A DNA stretch of 64,000 nucleotides, from NCBI GenBank assembly GCA_963755915.1, contig CAVWLP010000002.1, positions 3,232,001 to 3,296,000 on the forward strand. The letters are read 5' to 3'. Shown here one piece after another: positions 61,880 through 64,000 of the stretch (position 1 is the stretch's first letter; each line of letters begins with the position of its first letter). Under the pieces are notes generated by a model. It was not told where the DNA came from, did not search any database, and saw nothing but the letters and a program-made list of their open reading frames with translations. The stretch is from an uncultured Phycisphaerales bacterium. Lineage in GTDB: Bacteria > Planctomycetota > Phycisphaerae > Tepidisphaerales > Tepidisphaeraceae. Made by a program: the position numbers and the translations under genes.

Positions 61880-63588
61880 GACGCAAGGCGATAATCTGGA
61901 TTTGCTTCTCGCTCTGCATGCCGTTGCCGGCCATAGCGATCATGGCAACAACCAATCCATCATTGGATGAGAATTTCAACTTCGGTTATGTCGACAGCGA
62001 GATTCCGCGGACACTGGTAATCAATTTGACGCCTCCGCGCACGGCCGAACTCCTTGGCCAGGCGTTAGTCGCCGACCCTGCTGCACCCAGGCGGGTGGAA
62101 TTGGTGCAGGATCTTGGCCTTTGCAAGCTACCCGGCGCCGTGCCCGCGGTTCTCGCCGCGATGTCCGATCCAGACGCATCGGTGCGTGCCGAAGCGGCGA
62201 CGGCAGCGGCTATGATTGGCGATATCTCTGCCGTTCGGTCAGGATTACAGAAACTGTTGTCAGACAGCTATCCAGCCGTGCGTCGCGAAGCCGTCGTGGC
62301 AGGCGATTCACTGAACGACGCGACATTTGTGACCGCAGGACTGCAGGATCCGAACGAGTCTGTCTTCGCGGCGGCCTGTGCGCGGGCAACAACCTCGCAG
62401 CACTATTTATTAATAGCCGGCCGCTTTCCGTCCCTATCGCAGCAGGGCAAGTTGGCGGCGATACGCGCGCTAGGCTCCCAGGGCGCTGGCGCGTATGCCC
62501 CGCTTGTTGCCAGTGAACTGAACTCAGATGATCTTGCGCTGGTGATCGCGGCAGTAAAGTCGCTGGAAACCATGAATGCGATCTCGCAGCGCGACAAAAT
62601 TGTTCCGCTACTGAATCACCAGCATCCGACCGTCCGGCGTGTGGCAGTCAAAACATTGTCAAGGCTTGCAGACGCCGACGAGCAAATTGCCGTCGCCAAA
62701 AGGATGTTGGCCGACCCGGATTTCTCCGTCCGCCAGGCCGCCGCGGAATTGCTCATTGCCCATCCATGCGCCGACGCCGTACCTTCTCTGCTCCAGCAAC
62801 TCACTGAAAATTACCCTCCCCTGCGCGATTCAGCCCGCGATGCTCTGGTTGCTGCCGCGACATTACCAATCCCGGCGGTCTTTGACTCGGCTACAACATT
62901 GCTCACGAATGCTGATCCCGATCGGCGAGAGGACGGCTCTTATATCCTGGGCCATGCTCATAGCGATGTTGCGCTCCAGCAGCATATCACGCTGCTGAAC
63001 GACGCAAACTGGATGGTGGTTGGCCAGGCCGCCGAATCGCTGGGACAAATCGGGCGTCCCGAAGCGGGTCCGGCTTTGGCCCAACTCGTCGCAACGGTCA
63101 AAGAGTTTGACGAAACGTGGATGTCCAACGGCCGGTTAACAGCCGTTGAAAGCGCCTTCATTTCGCTGGGGCAATTGCATTACAAGCCGGCCCTTCCACT
63201 ATTGAAATGGGTGATGCCTCAGAAAACCGCGTATCCCGCGGAACTTCGCACGCGTGTTATTTGGGCGGCCGGACTCATCGGTGATCCCGAAGATCGGGAA
63301 CTGGCCGGTATATGTCTCTCAATCTCAAACGACAACAGTCCGTTCGAATCGGAAGACGCGCGTTTCGAGGCGATTAAAGCAATTGGCAATCTTCACTATC
63401 TGCCGGCGCTCGATGAGATGCGTCGGCAGGCAACGGAGTCTCCCTTTCCAACGCTTCGATGGATGGCGCACCTGGTCGCTGATCGCATGGCTGGTGGAAT
63501 GCCGACCACTTACACTCCTCCGACAACGACCGTCGTGGCGGAAACGTCCATTCGAGTTCTTCAACCACCAGACGACAACCGTCACTGA
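61876..63588 (+). CDS. Secreted HEAT-repeat protein
   Basis: Hydrophobic N-terminus; MSDPDASVRAEAA, LLSDSYPAVRREAV, LADPDFSVRQAAA; ATGA overlap with permease. Confidence 0.88.
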   Translation: MRRKAIIWICFSLCMPLPAIAIMATTNPSLDENFNFGYVDSEIPRTLVINLTPPRTAELLGQALVADPAAPRRVELVQDLGLCKLPGAVPAVLAAMSDPDASVRAEAATAAAMIGDISAVRSGLQKLLSDSYPAVRREAVVAGDSLNDATFVTAGLQDPNESVFAAACARATTSQHYLLIAGRFPSLSQQGKLAAIRALGSQGAGAYAPLVASELNSDDLALVIAAVKSLETMNAISQRDKIVPLLNHQHPTVRRVAVKTLSRLADADEQIAVAKRMLADPDFSVRQAAAELLIAHPCADAVPSLLQQLTENYPPLRDSARDALVAAATLPIPAVFDSATTLLTNADPDRREDGSYILGHAHSDVALQQHITLLNDANWMVVGQAAESLGQIGRPEAGPALAQLVATVKEFDETWMSNGRLTAVESAFISLGQLHYKPALPLLKWVMPQKTAYPAELRTRVIWAAGLIGDPEDRELAGICLSISNDNSPFESEDARFEAIKAIGNLHYLPALDEMRRQATESPFPTLRWMAHLVADRMAGGMPTTYTPPTTTVVAETSIRVLQPPDDNRH

Positions 63589-63607
63589 TCGGCAGAGCAA
63601 TCGCTAG

Positions 63608-64000
63608 ATGAAAGCCGCAATCGTCGAAAAGTCTGGAACGCTGGTCGTCGGGAATGTTCCCCTTCCGAGGATGGGTGAATATGGCGCGCTATGTCGCTTG
63701 CTCTTTGGCACGACTTGCTCCGCGACCGATCAGCACCTGATCGAAGACAAAATGCCATGGAACGTTCAATACCCCATGGTGCTCGGTCACGAAAGCATTG
63801 GCTATGTCATCGAAGTCGGTCCCCGGGTGAGGCACCTGCGTGTCGGCAATCTGGTGACCCGCGTTGGGATGCCCGCCGCCCCAGAAATTGGAATGAACGT
63901 GAGTTGGGGAGGCTTTTGTGAATTCGGGGTCGCGGTCGATTACCGCGCAATGCGCGAAGATGGAATCCCCAGGGAGCATTGGACCGGCAGTCGCATCAAT
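63608..64000 (+). CDS. Zinc-binding (MDR) dehydrogenase, 3' truncated by window
   Basis: MKAAIVEK, TCSATD, VLGHESIGYVIEVG, LRVGNLV. Confidence 0.9.
   Translation, partial: MKAAIVEKSGTLVVGNVPLPRMGEYGALCRLLFGTTCSATDQHLIEDKMPWNVQYPMVLGHESIGYVIEVGPRVRHLRVGNLVTRVGMPAAPEIGMNVSWGGFCEFGVAVDYRAMREDGIPREHWTGSRIN

Noticed and set aside
1-64000. CRISPR array, tRNA, rRNA or riboswitch
   Set aside because: No regularly spaced repeat-spacer array or recognisable structured RNA seen by eye; a covariance-model search was not possible

Overview
GC-rich bacterial DNA with a planctomycete-like signature (probably Phycisphaerae/Tepidisphaerales, an inference): LEPR-XLL-like leader, PEP-CTERM/dockerin-like tails, H-X9-DG pilin, HEAT proteins. 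(1) 1-6.6 kb is a decaying accessory region: the right end of an IS21 (istA/istB) abuts a broken ubiquitin-like cassette (E2-like + Zn fingers, JAB with its core deleted, ThiF/E1 with an in-frame stop), followed by an ECF sigma remnant, two XRE genes, a basic coiled-coil DNA-binding protein, an RHH protein, an IS66 scrap and an ACT protein. (2) 6.6-14.4 kb holds a ~2,090-aa secreted beta-repeat protein and an IS66-marked deletion scar. (3) 14.7-64 kb is a ~50-kb glycan/sugar-acid utilisation locus: four GHL10-like TIM-barrel proteins (two HEAT-fused, one of these PEP-CTERM anchored), a GHL6-like hydrolase, two paralogous PEP-CTERM proteins, a pilin, SSS/MFS/ABC transporters, a Kelch protein, two aldolase-family enzymes, oxidoreductases, peptidases, an amidohydrolase-aminotransferase fusion and a GntR-LacI regulator with a candidate palindromic operator. 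Many otherwise intact genes are split by single-base deletions, which look like sequencing indels. No rRNA, tRNA or CRISPR array was recognised. All family calls come from motif recognition by eye, not database searches.
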